A DNA stretch of 53,022 nucleotides from a virus (Duplodnaviria; Caudoviricetes): the IMG/VR virus record IMGVR_UViG_3300020452_000997, positions 1-53,022 of that record; one strand, given 5' to 3'. How positions within the stretch are numbered: position 1 is the first letter of the stretch; each line of letters starts with the position of its first letter. Positions 1-8,465 of this stretch are shown in pieces. The position numbers were made by a program, and so were the translations under genes. A model generated the notes under the pieces. The model saw only the letters and a list, made by a program, of their open reading frames with translations, ran no database searches and was not told where the DNA came from.

Positions 1-538
1 TGGCCAAGCCTAGATATGTCCAATCGGATGTGGGGGCACTCGAAGAAGTAACATCGTCGTCATCATAAAAGCCAAAGACTAATGTAAATGGATCATAGGT
101 TAATGATGGGATTGCTTGATTGCTAAAATTGCTAGACGGGATTGTGGGGAATCCAGAGCTAGACTGGTTACCCGCGAAGGGTGTATCGAGAAGAGTGATT
201 GTATTTTTAGTGCTTCTTACTACTACAACAGCATAATTATCCGAATCAAAGACAGCCCAACTGCTTGGGATTGTAAAAGAAGTATCTATGATTGCCTTTC
301 TACAAGATACTTGAGCTTTAGGATTCGTATATCCAGAAGTTAACGATGCCCAACCGGGAATCGGTGGCTGATCTTCAATGAAATCAGTGCTGACAAAAAA
401 GACTAGATCGCCTACCTGTAAATTGCTAATGGTGTAGGGACTCTGTTCCGTGATAAAAGCTGAAAAAGGAACACTCCAGATTGATGTGGTGGGAGTTGGT
501 GATGGATAGCCGCCAATCAGGGCTTGATGTATTCCCAT
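1..538 (-). CDS. Partial virion/fibre-associated protein (runs off the window edge)
   Basis: ATG at 538 overlaps the upstream TAA (TAATG). The frame is open to the window edge: MGIHQALIGGYPSPTPT...VGDLVFFVS...PIPGWASL. It resembles the VGDLAVI...PSGWT domain of 11442..13703. Not in the ORF track. Confidence 0.75.
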   Translation of the reverse strand, partial: MGIHQALIGGYPSPTPTTSIWSVPFSAFITEQSPYTISNLQVGDLVFFVSTDFIEDQPPIPGWASLTSGYTNPKAQVSCRKAIIDTSFTIPSSWAVFDSDNYAVVVVRSTKNTITLLDTPFAGNQSSSGFPTIPSSNFSNQAIPSLTYDPFTLVFGFYDDDDVTSSSAPTSDWTYLGLA

Positions 539-2121
539 TAAGTTAAGCCTGCTCCACTAATTACAAATTCATTATTTGCTATGCAGAGCGCAGAGCACAA
601 ACCATATTGCGCCAATACTCTGTCACCCGTAGTCGCAGACCCTGCAAGCCTTAATGTTACGCTTCCACCTTGAGTTATTGTCTGATTGCTGCCGCTATCG
701 TTATAGATAGAGACCACATTGCCAGCACTAAATACACCACTCGGAACGGTAACTCCACCAGTAGTTATATTAATATGCTTGCCGCTATCCCCTGCGACAA
801 GGGTGTATGCGCTTGTTTGGCTGTTCTGTGGAATATCACTCGGACCTGCCGGGCCGACAGCTCCGTCAAGTTTAATTACTTGAATCGTAGATAAATTTGT
901 AACTAATGTTACAGATTCCGATGATGATCCACCAATTTTTTTAATCCTAAAATCAATTGTATCGTCAGAATCTGGCGTAGTAATGACCCGACTAATTGAA
1001 ACGTAGGTCTCCTCTGATCCACTAGAATTTCTAACGTAACCACCCTGGACCGATCCAAGTGTTGTTGAGTTTTGCCTGACTTCTAGTTCTCCAGTCCACC
1101 TATTGGTGCCACTCCCATCACCATTGACGACGATAGTACACATTGCCAGGTAAGTACCAGCGGCACCAAGAGTAATTAATCCATTGGTATTACTAAACCC
1201 CGTAGTTGAACCAACGGCTGTATCAATATCAAGAGTAGAGTAAGAAGTTGAATTAAGAGTTGTTGCAGAAGATGGTCCGGTGTAAACGGCGCTGCTTATT
1301 GCAGATCCACCACCGCCACCTCCAGAGATGGAAACGTTAGAAATACCAGTAATTCTTCCATTAGCATCTACAGCAATCTGAGCAACATTTGATCCATCGC
1401 CATAAGTAGCAGCAGAAGCTCCGGTTAGACCAGTCAATGAAGAACCAGAACCACTAAAGGTGGTTGCTGTTAACGTTCCATTAGAAGAATTGAAATTAAG
1501 ATTAGTTCCAGTTTTTGGTGCCTGATCTCCGGTGGCTGCTGTAGTAAATACTGGGAAACAAGTAGTGTCGCTAGATTCATCAGCAACTGTGACTTGCGTT
1601 GCAGTCCCGCTGCCGCCGGGAAGATTTGTCAATCCAGATCCATCGCCTGTGAATTTGGTTGCGGTTAAATTTCCGGTTGAACTGTTGTATTGGAGGTTAG
1701 AAAAATCAACTTTTGGGTCTTGCGCCCCGCCATCAGTTACAAAAACCGGGAAACAAGTTGTATCCGAAGTTTCATCCGCAGTTGTTAGCTGTATTCCTGT
1801 CAACCCAGATGCTGAACCAGTGAAAGATGTTGCCGCTAAGTTGCCAGTTGATGAGTTGTACTGCAAACTTCCAAAATCAACTTTTGGGGGAACAGTCCCT
1901 CCGTCAGTTACAAACACCGGGAAGCACGTTGTGTCGGTCGATTCGTCTGCAACCGTTATCTGAGTCGCAGTTCCACTACTCCCGCCGCCGATCTCTTTTA
2001 CAGACCCCCCATCATTCAAGTATAGTTTTTGCGCGGATTTGTCTATAGCAACTTCACCGTCAGCAATATCGCTTGTCGTTGGTGTGCTTGTCCCTCTTTT
2101 GATCTTAATTACGTTTGCCAT
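538..2121 (-). CDS. Fibre protein with Mtd_N-like N-terminus and three internal repeats
   Basis: N-terminus IKIKRG..P....DGEVAID..KLYL; Gly/Ser/Thr-rich; YG..VDANGRIT fibre repeat; C-terminal AYTLVAGDSGK...LAQYG domain common in phage fibres. Confidence 0.8.
   Translation of the reverse strand: MANVIKIKRGTSTPTTSDIADGEVAIDKSAQKLYLNDGGSVKEIGGGSSGTATQITVADESTDTTCFPVFVTDGGTVPPKVDFGSLQYNSSTGNLAATSFTGSASGLTGIQLTTADETSDTTCFPVFVTDGGAQDPKVDFSNLQYNSSTGNLTATKFTGDGSGLTNLPGGSGTATQVTVADESSDTTCFPVFTTAATGDQAPKTGTNLNFNSSNGTLTATTFSGSGSSLTGLTGASAATYGDGSNVAQIAVDANGRITGISNVSISGGGGGGSAISSAVYTGPSSATTLNSTSYSTLDIDTAVGSTTGFSNTNGLITLGAAGTYLAMCTIVVNGDGSGTNRWTGELEVRQNSTTLGSVQGGYVRNSSGSEETYVSISRVITTPDSDDTIDFRIKKIGGSSSESVTLVTNLSTIQVIKLDGAVGPAGPSDIPQNSQTSAYTLVAGDSGKHINITTGGVTVPSGVFSAGNVVSIYNDSGSNQTITQGGSVTLRLAGSATTGDRVLAQYGLCSALCIANNEFVISGAGLT
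1420..1970 (-). repeat. Three tandem ~58-65 aa intragenic repeats
   Basis: (T/V)ADE(S/T)xDTTCFPVF...PK....L.(Y/F)NSS.G.L.AT.F.G..S.LT occurs three times in the 527 aa ORF. Boundaries approximate. Confidence 0.85.
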
Positions 2122-2124
2122 TTA

Positions 2125-2172
2125 TCAGAACTTGCCTCCATCAGTTTTCAATGAATCAGGATAGTATTCCAT
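2125..2172 (-). CDS. Possible 15-aa micro-ORF or readthrough extension, MEYYPDSLKTDGGKF
   Basis: In frame with both flanking fibre genes and ends in the DGGxF motif found on neighbouring proteins. Confidence 0.35.
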   Translation of the reverse strand: MEYYPDSLKTDGGKF

Positions 2173-2181
2173 AACAGTATA

Positions 2182-3786
2182 TCAGAATGTTCCCCCATCA
2201 ATGGTTATTCCGTCTATGGATCCGCCTGTAATTGATACTGAAGAAGAATTTTGCGTACTCATGCTGCCCAATCCCAAAGTGGTTCGAGCTCCAGAGGCAT
2301 TCGCGTCATCAACAAGACTACGACCAAAACTTGTGAATGAGGTGGTATCAAAAGTGTCAGCACCCGTCGCGTAAATTAGCTCATTGGCGGCTACGGTAAC
2401 ACCGGCCAAAGCAGTTAGGGTTGCATCCAGAGGCTGGCCATTCGTAATTCCGTAACCCGCAAGCGTCGTAGGACTTGAGAATGCCGTAACTCGACCGTAG
2501 GCATCAACCGTAAGGCCGTTGTAAGTACCAGCCGATCCTGCTGTAGCCAGGTCAATGTTATTGGCATTGACTACGATTCTTGCGCTACTAGCTGTTTCTA
2601 CGTCTAAAGTGTTTCCGGTCTTAGTAAGGCCAGCGCCAGCTGAAACTTGACCAGCTCCAGAAAAATGTACAAAAACTAGGCTAGTAGTGCCAAGACTAAT
2701 CGGATTAGGAGTCTGTAGAACATAGCCTGCGTCGGCATTAGCAGTCCCTTCTTCAACGAAAGTAAACATTCCACTGGTGACTTCCCCGGCAGGACTATTG
2801 TCAGCATCGGAGGATCGAGACCAGGAACTAGCGGCTACGTCGTAAATGCCATTCTGAGTACCATTTGTCTGATTCTTGACCAGGACTCGATTACCGGCGG
2901 AGAGGGAGACGCCATCGATCGTTTGAGTGCCACTGAGAGTGATATTGGCAGTAGTTGCTGCTCTTACGCTGGCCTTGACATCAAGACCGTTAGCGAGCGC
3001 ATCTGCGTAGCTTTTGTTGACAGCATCCCCGTCATTAACTGGATCAGCTAGGCCAGTAATTCTCTTGCTGTTAAGAGCGACATTTGCTGCAGGAGCTGCC
3101 AGTGAGTCAAGAGTATTAGCCTGTACACCTGCATCGAAATCTGAAACTTGCGTATGGACGATATTGATCGCGGTGTTTGATGCAGCCGTTAAGCGCCCTT
3201 GTGCGTCAACCGTGTAGGTCGGCACATTGGCGCCTGAACCATAGGAGCCAGCGCTAACTGCCGTATCGTCAAGATTAACAGTAAGAGTATTAGATGTGCC
3301 AGCCGACGTTAGACCTGTACCTCCAGCAACCGTAACAGTTCCGCCTGAGAAAGCAGCCGTGCCGCTGTCGCCAGTTAGGGTCCCGCTACCATTTTCTAAA
3401 GCAGTCTCCAATTCCTGAAGCGCTGTTACCAGCACTGCATTGTCGGTAATAGTTGAGCCTGTAAATGTACCTAGGTCACCAACTTTATTGATTTCAGCGG
3501 CTGTCGCTGTTACAGCTGATCCACCGATTTGGAAGGTACCTGAGGCGTTTAAGGTGCCGCTAAAATTTTTAGTTCCAGAGGCCGTTTGAGTCCCCGTGAG
3601 GGCTAAAAAGCTGCCTTTGCCTCCAATCGATTCAATACTTGTGGCATTTCCTGAGCCGTCATCTCCACCGCCATAATATAGTACATCGTCAGCTTCATTA
3701 TAGGCTAACTCGGCATTTTTTAAAGAGGAAGGGGCGCCAGCTGATCCGCTAGAGGCTCTCCTTTTGATGCGAATCTCGTTGGCCAT
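2182..3786 (-). CDS. Fibre/head-decoration-type protein
   Basis: Mtd_N-like N-terminus (IRIKRR...LKNAELAYN..DVLYYG); DVKASVRAAT...RVLVKNQT..NGIY domain; VDAxGR.T repeats; ends IDGGTF*. Confidence 0.8.
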   Translation of the reverse strand: MANEIRIKRRASSGSAGAPSSLKNAELAYNEADDVLYYGGGDDGSGNATSIESIGGKGSFLALTGTQTASGTKNFSGTLNASGTFQIGGSAVTATAAEINKVGDLGTFTGSTITDNAVLVTALQELETALENGSGTLTGDSGTAAFSGGTVTVAGGTGLTSAGTSNTLTVNLDDTAVSAGSYGSGANVPTYTVDAQGRLTAASNTAINIVHTQVSDFDAGVQANTLDSLAAPAANVALNSKRITGLADPVNDGDAVNKSYADALANGLDVKASVRAATTANITLSGTQTIDGVSLSAGNRVLVKNQTNGTQNGIYDVAASSWSRSSDADNSPAGEVTSGMFTFVEEGTANADAGYVLQTPNPISLGTTSLVFVHFSGAGQVSAGAGLTKTGNTLDVETASSARIVVNANNIDLATAGSAGTYNGLTVDAYGRVTAFSSPTTLAGYGITNGQPLDATLTALAGVTVAANELIYATGADTFDTTSFTSFGRSLVDDANASGARTTLGLGSMSTQNSSSVSITGGSIDGITIDGGTF

Positions 3787-3823
3787 TTCTATCTAAAATT
3801 ATTGCACTTTAGGATACCTAGTT

Positions 3824-4102
3824 TTAAAATGCGCCACCATTTAGCATTCCGCCGTTTGACCAAGAGTTATTGTTGTACAGAAGAGCATCTCCATCAGACA
3901 AAGAAGATAGAGTGACATCACTTAAATTTGCAAGGCTTGAGCCACCCGTTGGTACAAGAGTACCGCTTTCGTTGACATAAAGAATATCTCTATCAACTGC
4001 GTAGCAAAGTTCACCATTTTTTAGAGAAGATATGGCAGCAGCTAAATCGTTAAAATTTCCCCTAGCTGGCAGTATGGGATTTCTGGGAGACGGAACTGAC
4101 AT
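3824..4102 (-). CDS. Small fibre adaptor protein
   Basis: Mtd_N-like module (ARG...LKNGELCYAVDRDILYV), one LxxLSDV...L.Y...W repeat, ends LNGGAF*. Confidence 0.75.
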   Translation of the reverse strand: MSVPSPRNPILPARGNFNDLAAAISSLKNGELCYAVDRDILYVNESGTLVPTGGSSLANLSDVTLSSLSDGDALLYNNNSWSNGGMLNGGAF

Positions 4103-4130
4103 TAATATCCTTTAGTCGTCTTAGTATTCC

Positions 4131-5039
4131 TTAGGGTGAAAAGTTGCCGCCGTCGTACACAGTGTTGTCTATAGAGCTAGATTGACCAGTAGTGAAGTTG
4201 CCTCCATCGAAGTCACGGTTATCCATGATGCCCATAGCAACTATGAGATTTATCCATTGACCGTTTTGTCTAACGTAAAAACCTCCATCCTGAGGAGCTT
4301 CTTCGACGTCACCGCCGCCACCACCTCCGCCTCCGCCGCCAGCAATAGCGGTAAGTTGCGGAACATGCAGATTGGTCCAACGGCCACTCCCATCGTATGT
4401 AAGGACCTGGCCTTTCTTAAGGGCCAGATTGATTTCGACGTCCTGAAGGTCTTCTAGGTTCGCCTCCGTAGCAATAAAGTCACTCCCACTATCCCCATCT
4501 TCTCCTTTTAATCCTGCTAAAGATTTAAGCCACTCTACCTTTGTGCCATTAAACCCCTCTTCTAAAGCAATATCGTAAGCACTCTTTCCGTCAATTCCGT
4601 CCCTACCAGGCTTTCCATCGCGAACGCTTTTCAGTTGCCCTTCTACTGCCTCAGAAAGCCCCTTAAAGTCTTTCTTGATGTTCTTGCGCTCTGATGCTAG
4701 TTGTTCAAGTTGATTAAGAACTTCCGGCTTTACAACAGTCTTAGCACTAGCAAGATCTGTTGTGGTGTAGTATTTGTTTTCTTTTTTAAAATTTGGCAAT
4801 ATTGAAGCGATTGCCTCTATAGCAAGTTCTGCTAATTCAGAACCCCCATCGAGTATCCAAATCTTCCAAGTGGCTTCAAAATCAGAGACAGTCGCATACT
4901 TATCAATATAAACGTAAAGATACTCACCAACATCAAATCCAGGTTTGCCTTCAACGACAACAAGCTTAGCACACTGGCTAATAATTGCATCGCTTCCAAG
5001 CTTGCGTAAAATGTCTGCACTGGAAAAGATCATAGCCAC
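4131..5039 (-). CDS. Putative fibre anchor protein
   Basis: Globular N-terminus, coiled coil, short collagen-like GKPGRDGIDGKSAY, LEDLQDV repeat, EAPQDGGFYVRQNGQW fibre repeat, two C-terminal DGGNF motifs. GTG start. Confidence 0.75.
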   Translation of the reverse strand: MAMIFSSADILRKLGSDAIISQCAKLVVVEGKPGFDVGEYLYVYIDKYATVSDFEATWKIWILDGGSELAELAIEAIASILPNFKKENKYYTTTDLASAKTVVKPEVLNQLEQLASERKNIKKDFKGLSEAVEGQLKSVRDGKPGRDGIDGKSAYDIALEEGFNGTKVEWLKSLAGLKGEDGDSGSDFIATEANLEDLQDVEINLALKKGQVLTYDGSGRWTNLHVPQLTAIAGGGGGGGGGGDVEEAPQDGGFYVRQNGQWINLIVAMGIMDNRDFDGGNFTTGQSSSIDNTVYDGGNFSP

Positions 5040-5050
5040 ACTGTCTCCCG

Positions 5051-5076
5051 CTAGGATTCCTACGTCGGAATAATAT
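5051..5076. promoter_or_regulatory. Back-to-back late promoter motifs
   Basis: GGAATCCTAG on the minus strand (5051-5060) and GGAATAATAT on the plus strand (5067-5076), facing the divergent genes at 5039 and 5100. Confidence 0.55.
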
Positions 5077-5099
5077 AGATGCCTACCAAATCGCTAAAA

Positions 5100-5249
5100 A
5101 TGGAACCTACACTTATTGTCGGCTTAGTTTTGTTCCTTGCTTCCGAGGTTCTGCCTTTTACGCCTTTGAAGGGTAACGGTTTACTTGATTCAATTATCAA
5201 AGCTTTACGCATAGCTTTTCCTCATCCCTCTGACACCGGTAAAAAATGA
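5100..5249 (+). CDS. Small membrane protein, holin-like
   Basis: MEPTLIVGLVLFLASEVLPFTPLKGNGLLDSIIKALRIAFPHPSDTGKK (49 aa): N-terminal hydrophobic helix, SE..P...K.NG motif, ATGA overlap with the next gene. Below the ORF-track cutoff. Confidence 0.6.
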   Translation: MEPTLIVGLVLFLASEVLPFTPLKGNGLLDSIIKALRIAFPHPSDTGKK

Positions 5250-5527
5250 TTTGGAAAGGTCTCACTGTTGAGATCATCAGAATAATCTGGAGTCATGGCT
5301 ATTTTGTCGATAACCAATGGCTCCAAATGATTCACAAAAACTTTTGGTGTTATTGGGTTGACTACAAAACAAGCATTACGCTAAAAGACGTGGACAAGCA
5401 GATAGAAAAGCTTTCGATAGAATCAACGATCGATCCACCTGTCTTCACAGAAGAAGTTAAAGGAGAAACACCATTAGGAGGTAAGATGAAACTAAAGGCA
5501 ACTTGGGTAGATGAAAAGATCGATTGA
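5246..5527 (+). CDS. Hypothetical protein
   Basis: 93 aa, overlaps both neighbouring genes. Confidence 0.6.
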   Translation: MIWKGLTVEIIRIIWSHGYFVDNQWLQMIHKNFWCYWVDYKTSITLKDVDKQIEKLSIESTIDPPVFTEEVKGETPLGGKMKLKATWVDEKID

Positions 5528-5705
5528 CGAAGCCTTGATTGTTCTTTTCAAAGGACAAACCAACGTTAAATTAATAGCCAATGAGGTCGACATCTCTCTG
5601 AGAGAAATGCAAGAATTGTTTCGCGATTACGTCGCCAAGACTCCCGTAGATGAAAATGCATGGAAAGGAGATGTCGAGGTTTCTTGGCCTTACTCAGGGA
5701 ATTAA
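5511..5705 (+). CDS. Small HTH-like protein
   Basis: NVKLIANEVDISLREMQELF resembles a helix-turn-helix. Confidence 0.55.
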   Translation: MKRSIDEALIVLFKGQTNVKLIANEVDISLREMQELFRDYVAKTPVDENAWKGDVEVSWPYSGN

Positions 5706-5726
5706 AGTAAAGCCAGGATCGCTTCT

Positions 5727-5843
5727 CTATTTCTTTTTCATTGACTTCTTTTTCATGAAAGCAGGCATTTCTTTTTTAGCAGCTTTCTTTTTTGCGGGTG
5801 GGCGTCCTTTTTTTGATCCGTAAGTACCTTTTCCGTATGGCAT
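5727..5843 (-). CDS. Very basic small protein
   Basis: MPYGKGTYGSKKGRPPAKKKAAKKEMPAFMKKKSMKKK (38 aa); late motif at 5881-5890. Not in the ORF track. Confidence 0.65.
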   Translation of the reverse strand: MPYGKGTYGSKKGRPPAKKKAAKKEMPAFMKKKSMKKK

Positions 5844-5894
5844 AGATTTTGACGCTTTCGCGGTTATAAGTGGTAACGGCATAGATTTCCTAAA

Positions 5895-6197
5895 TTACCA
5901 CTTAGCCCTGTCAGCCCAGTAGGCTGCTGACATCTTGCCCTTGGCAATGTTCTTAGCGTGACGGGCCTTAAAACTCGCACGTTTCTTTTTCATGCGAGAC
6001 GACTCTCCGGCCTTGGGTTTGCCTGCGGTTTTCGCGCCCTGCTCTCCGAAGCGAATGGTTTTGATTTTGTCGCCTTCCTTGGCAACAACAATGTGAGATT
6101 TCTTGGGGTGATTGGGTGTCCGCTTAGGCTTGTTGTAACTAGATACGCCAGCCCTTCCAAGACGCGGATCTTTCTTACGTGGTTTCTTTGTTGCCAT
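5895..6197 (-). CDS. Basic conserved phage protein
   Basis: K/R-rich; IRFG.QG...RASFKARH...SAAYWA motif pattern recalled from marine phages. Confidence 0.75.
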   Translation of the reverse strand: MATKKPRKKDPRLGRAGVSSYNKPKRTPNHPKKSHIVVAKEGDKIKTIRFGEQGAKTAGKPKAGESSRMKKKRASFKARHAKNIAKGKMSAAYWADRAKW

Positions 6198-6199
6198 AG

Positions 6200-6586
6200 T
6201 TAGCTCCGGGCTCGCTTGCCTGCTCTTTTAGCTTTCCGTGTATTAGCAACTACTCCCTTGCCTTTGCGACTTCCAGCACGTTTCTTTTGATCCGTTGCTC
6301 TTGCCTCGGCCTTGCTCATCGACTTCCATGCGGCGTCGGGCAAATATCGGGCTGTGCCGCCTTTGCGTTTTGCCTTTTTGCCGTCACGAGTGCGCCAACT
6401 TTCCTTTGTCCACTTTGTAAGCTTATTGTCAGATCTCTTGGGACCAGAATAGCTTCCGCCAGACTTTTTGTAGTAGTTTACAGCCAGCTGCGCTGCCCTC
6501 GCGCTCCATTTGCCACCCATCTTGCGCTTGGCTCTAGCTTTGGCCGCTGCCCACTTTTCAGGATCACGCTTGGTTGCAGTACTCAT
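6200..6586 (-). CDS. Basic conserved phage protein (DUF5872-like)
   Basis: WSARAAQL, LTKWTKESWRT and RYLPDAAW motifs; K/R-rich. Confidence 0.7.
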   Translation of the reverse strand: MSTATKRDPEKWAAAKARAKRKMGGKWSARAAQLAVNYYKKSGGSYSGPKRSDNKLTKWTKESWRTRDGKKAKRKGGTARYLPDAAWKSMSKAEARATDQKKRAGSRKGKGVVANTRKAKRAGKRARS

Positions 6587-6588
6587 GA

Positions 6589-6852
6589 TTACTTCTTGGT
6601 TGATTTTTTGTTGGCGCCTTGGCGAGCACGGTTCTTTGAAGCGGGCTCCCTAACTAGACCTCCTGTCTTGGTGTGGGAAAGATCTCCGCCCCCTTTGCCA
6701 TATATTTTGCGTTTTTGCCTAGCAGCGTTTAGTTTTGCACGATACCTTTTACGTTCTTCGGTACTGTGATATTCTGTGTCATACGCTTTTTTCTTGGCTC
6801 TTCCTTTTGAGCTATTTGCGTAATACTTAGCAGTGCGTGATTTAGCAGTCAT
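6589..6852 (-). CDS. Basic protein with degenerate HNH-like DLSH...NRAR motif
   Basis: K/R-rich; GGGDLSHTK...KNRARQG. ATG at 6852 preferred over the track start. Confidence 0.7.
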   Translation of the reverse strand: MTAKSRTAKYYANSSKGRAKKKAYDTEYHSTEERKRYRAKLNAARQKRKIYGKGGGDLSHTKTGGLVREPASKNRARQGANKKSTKK

Positions 6853-6853
6853 T

Positions 6854-7168
6854 CTAGTAATCCTCAAATCCTTTTAATTTACGTCGAAGCTCCTTCGATT
6901 CATTAGTCTGTTCAATGACGTGATAATCGACACGTTCCGTCAAGTACCTTATGTTGTCTTTCATATCACCCAGTACGCCAAAAAGCCTGTCCATCGACTT
7001 TTCAAACTCTTGTTTTGTTAAGTACTGCTCTGCCATTTTTAGCTCAACTTGATCAATTTTGTCAGCCGCTTCTCTAGACTGAGTAAGAGCCTCTTCTGAT
7101 TTCCTCCATGTGAATCCACCCCAGCCAAGCATGACAGCCATCACAAGCGGAAATAAGTGTTCTGGCAT
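6854..7168 (-). CDS. Membrane-anchored coiled-coil protein (lysis-associated?)
   Basis: N-terminal hydrophobic segment followed by a heptad-like region (YLTKQEF). Confidence 0.65.
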   Translation of the reverse strand: MPEHLFPLVMAVMLGWGGFTWRKSEEALTQSREAADKIDQVELKMAEQYLTKQEFEKSMDRLFGVLGDMKDNIRYLTERVDYHVIEQTNESKELRRKLKGFEDY

Positions 7169-7335
7169 GAAGTCAGTCCGCCTGTAGATAGTTTACCGCT
7201 GCATTCCACAGAATAAAAGACAGCCACACCGGAGATGCAACCAGTAAGAAAACAAAAGGCACCCCAACTTGCTAAGGTTTTTCTAACCGTTAAGCGATAA
7301 GAATTCTTACCGGCCTCGGTAGTAATTGTTTTCAC
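7141..7335 (-). CDS. Small membrane protein
   Basis: One hydrophobic segment; GTGA overlap with the upstream ORF. Confidence 0.5.
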   Translation of the reverse strand: MKTITTEAGKNSYRLTVRKTLASWGAFCFLTGCISGVAVFYSVECSGKLSTGGLTSCQNTYFRL

Positions 7336-7508
7336 AGTTCGGTTCCGTCTCGGTTCTCTTGTCCAGGGAGGTAACCTGTTCCAGCTAAGCCGGTAACTGG
7401 ATCGTCTATTTGTTGCTCTTTAATAGTTACAGGAATCGCAGAATTTGAATCAATGTCAATATTGACACCGTTAATGTATCTGGGGCCTGTTGAGTAATTA
7501 ACTTCCAT
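7332..7508 (-). CDS. Hypothetical 58-aa protein
   Basis: MEVNYSTGPRYINGVNID...ENRDGTEL*; fills the gap between 7513 and 7335. Not in the ORF track. Confidence 0.6.
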   Translation of the reverse strand: MEVNYSTGPRYINGVNIDIDSNSAIPVTIKEQQIDDPVTGLAGTGYLPGQENRDGTEL

Positions 7509-7512
7509 AACA

Positions 7513-7869
7513 TTAAGAGTCTTGAATTTTCTTGCAGCGTTTTAAGATTTCAGCTTTTAGCAATAAACTGTTTAATTCTTCGCCTTGATCCGCAGCCCAA
7601 GCAATTAACTCAGCTTTCGTCATTGCATCGAGATCGCCGTCTTCAGCAAGAGGCTCCTGAGTGGCATCGGTAGAGTCATAAGCCGTAGTACCCGCCTCGA
7701 CTAAAATTTCAGGCTGTCTTTCGATAGGCTTGCGAACTTCAGCTTTTTTTTCTTCAGACTCTTCTTTAAAGCCCATTTCAAGAAACTCCCTAGCTTGAAT
7801 CGTAAAGTAAGCCGCTCTGCGTTCTTTACCTTTTACGAACCATGTAGGCAGCCTGCTGAGATGAGCCAT
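7513..7869 (-). CDS. Head-module protein with C-terminal HeH/Rho_N-like motif
   Basis: LDAMTKAELIAWAADQG...KAEIL; lies downstream of the capsid genes; late motif at 7892-7901. Confidence 0.7.
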   Translation of the reverse strand: MAHLSRLPTWFVKGKERRAAYFTIQAREFLEMGFKEESEEKKAEVRKPIERQPEILVEAGTTAYDSTDATQEPLAEDGDLDAMTKAELIAWAADQGEELNSLLLKAEILKRCKKIQDS

Positions 7870-7908
7870 CTTCTAGTGAATCAATTCTTCGTTAGTCTTC
7901 CAAGGTAT

Positions 7909-7930
7909 AAAAAAAGGGCCTAAGCCCTTA
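7909..7930 (-). terminator. Rho-independent terminator
   Basis: AAGGGC-TTAG-GCCCTT hairpin followed by a T-run on the minus strand. Confidence 0.75.
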
Positions 7931-7959
7931 TGCATTTTTATTTTCCGAAGCCTATGAAA

Positions 7960-8313
7960 TTAACGACGAGGGCCGTCAACTAGCTCATAGAATACGCCGG
8001 AAACAGTAGCGGTGCCGCCAAGGACGTACTGAACATTGTTGTCAGCGTCACAGAGAGCTCCACGGATGTGAGCGATTCCGACACCGTTTCGATCAAGGTC
8101 GGCAAGGTTGAAAACAACGTCTTGACCGCCAAGGGTTACGGTAATCTTGTTAGTACCAGCGTCGTCGATGCTACCAGCGTTTACTGCGATAACGCGGATT
8201 GTCTTAGCGTTAGCCAAGGTTGTATTTGCAGCAACAGCAGAGGCGGTAATTTCTGCTTCAGAGTCGAGGTTAAAACCTTCGCGAGGAAATACACCAGTTG
8301 AACGTGCAGCCAT
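7960..8313 (-). CDS. Capsid cement/decoration protein
   Basis: Directly downstream of the major capsid gene; beta-rich; AGGAG RBS before the ATG at 8313 (MAARSTGVFPREG). Confidence 0.7.
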   Translation of the reverse strand: MAARSTGVFPREGFNLDSEAEITASAVAANTTLANAKTIRVIAVNAGSIDDAGTNKITVTLGGQDVVFNLADLDRNGVGIAHIRGALCDADNNVQYVLGGTATVSGVFYELVDGPRR

Positions 8314-8413
8314 AGTTAAACTCCTAAATTGTAGAGAGGTAGGAAAATGCGACCTTACCAGAGCGAGGTCGTTACATACTATGCTACCAAAGAACATGAG
8401 CGATACGCCCTTA

Positions 8414-8440
8414 CAAGAAAAGGGGCTCGACGGCCCCTTG
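8414..8440 (-). terminator. Terminator after the major capsid gene
   Basis: AAGGGGC-CGTCGA-GCCCCTT then TTCTT on the minus strand. Confidence 0.7.
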
Positions 8441-8465
8441 TCTTTATTCAGTTGTCTAGGGTAGC

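Noticed and set aside
8314-8397. Upstream start for the decoration protein
   Set aside because: This region holds a hairpin and a promoter-like motif; the AGGAG RBS supports the ATG at 8313.
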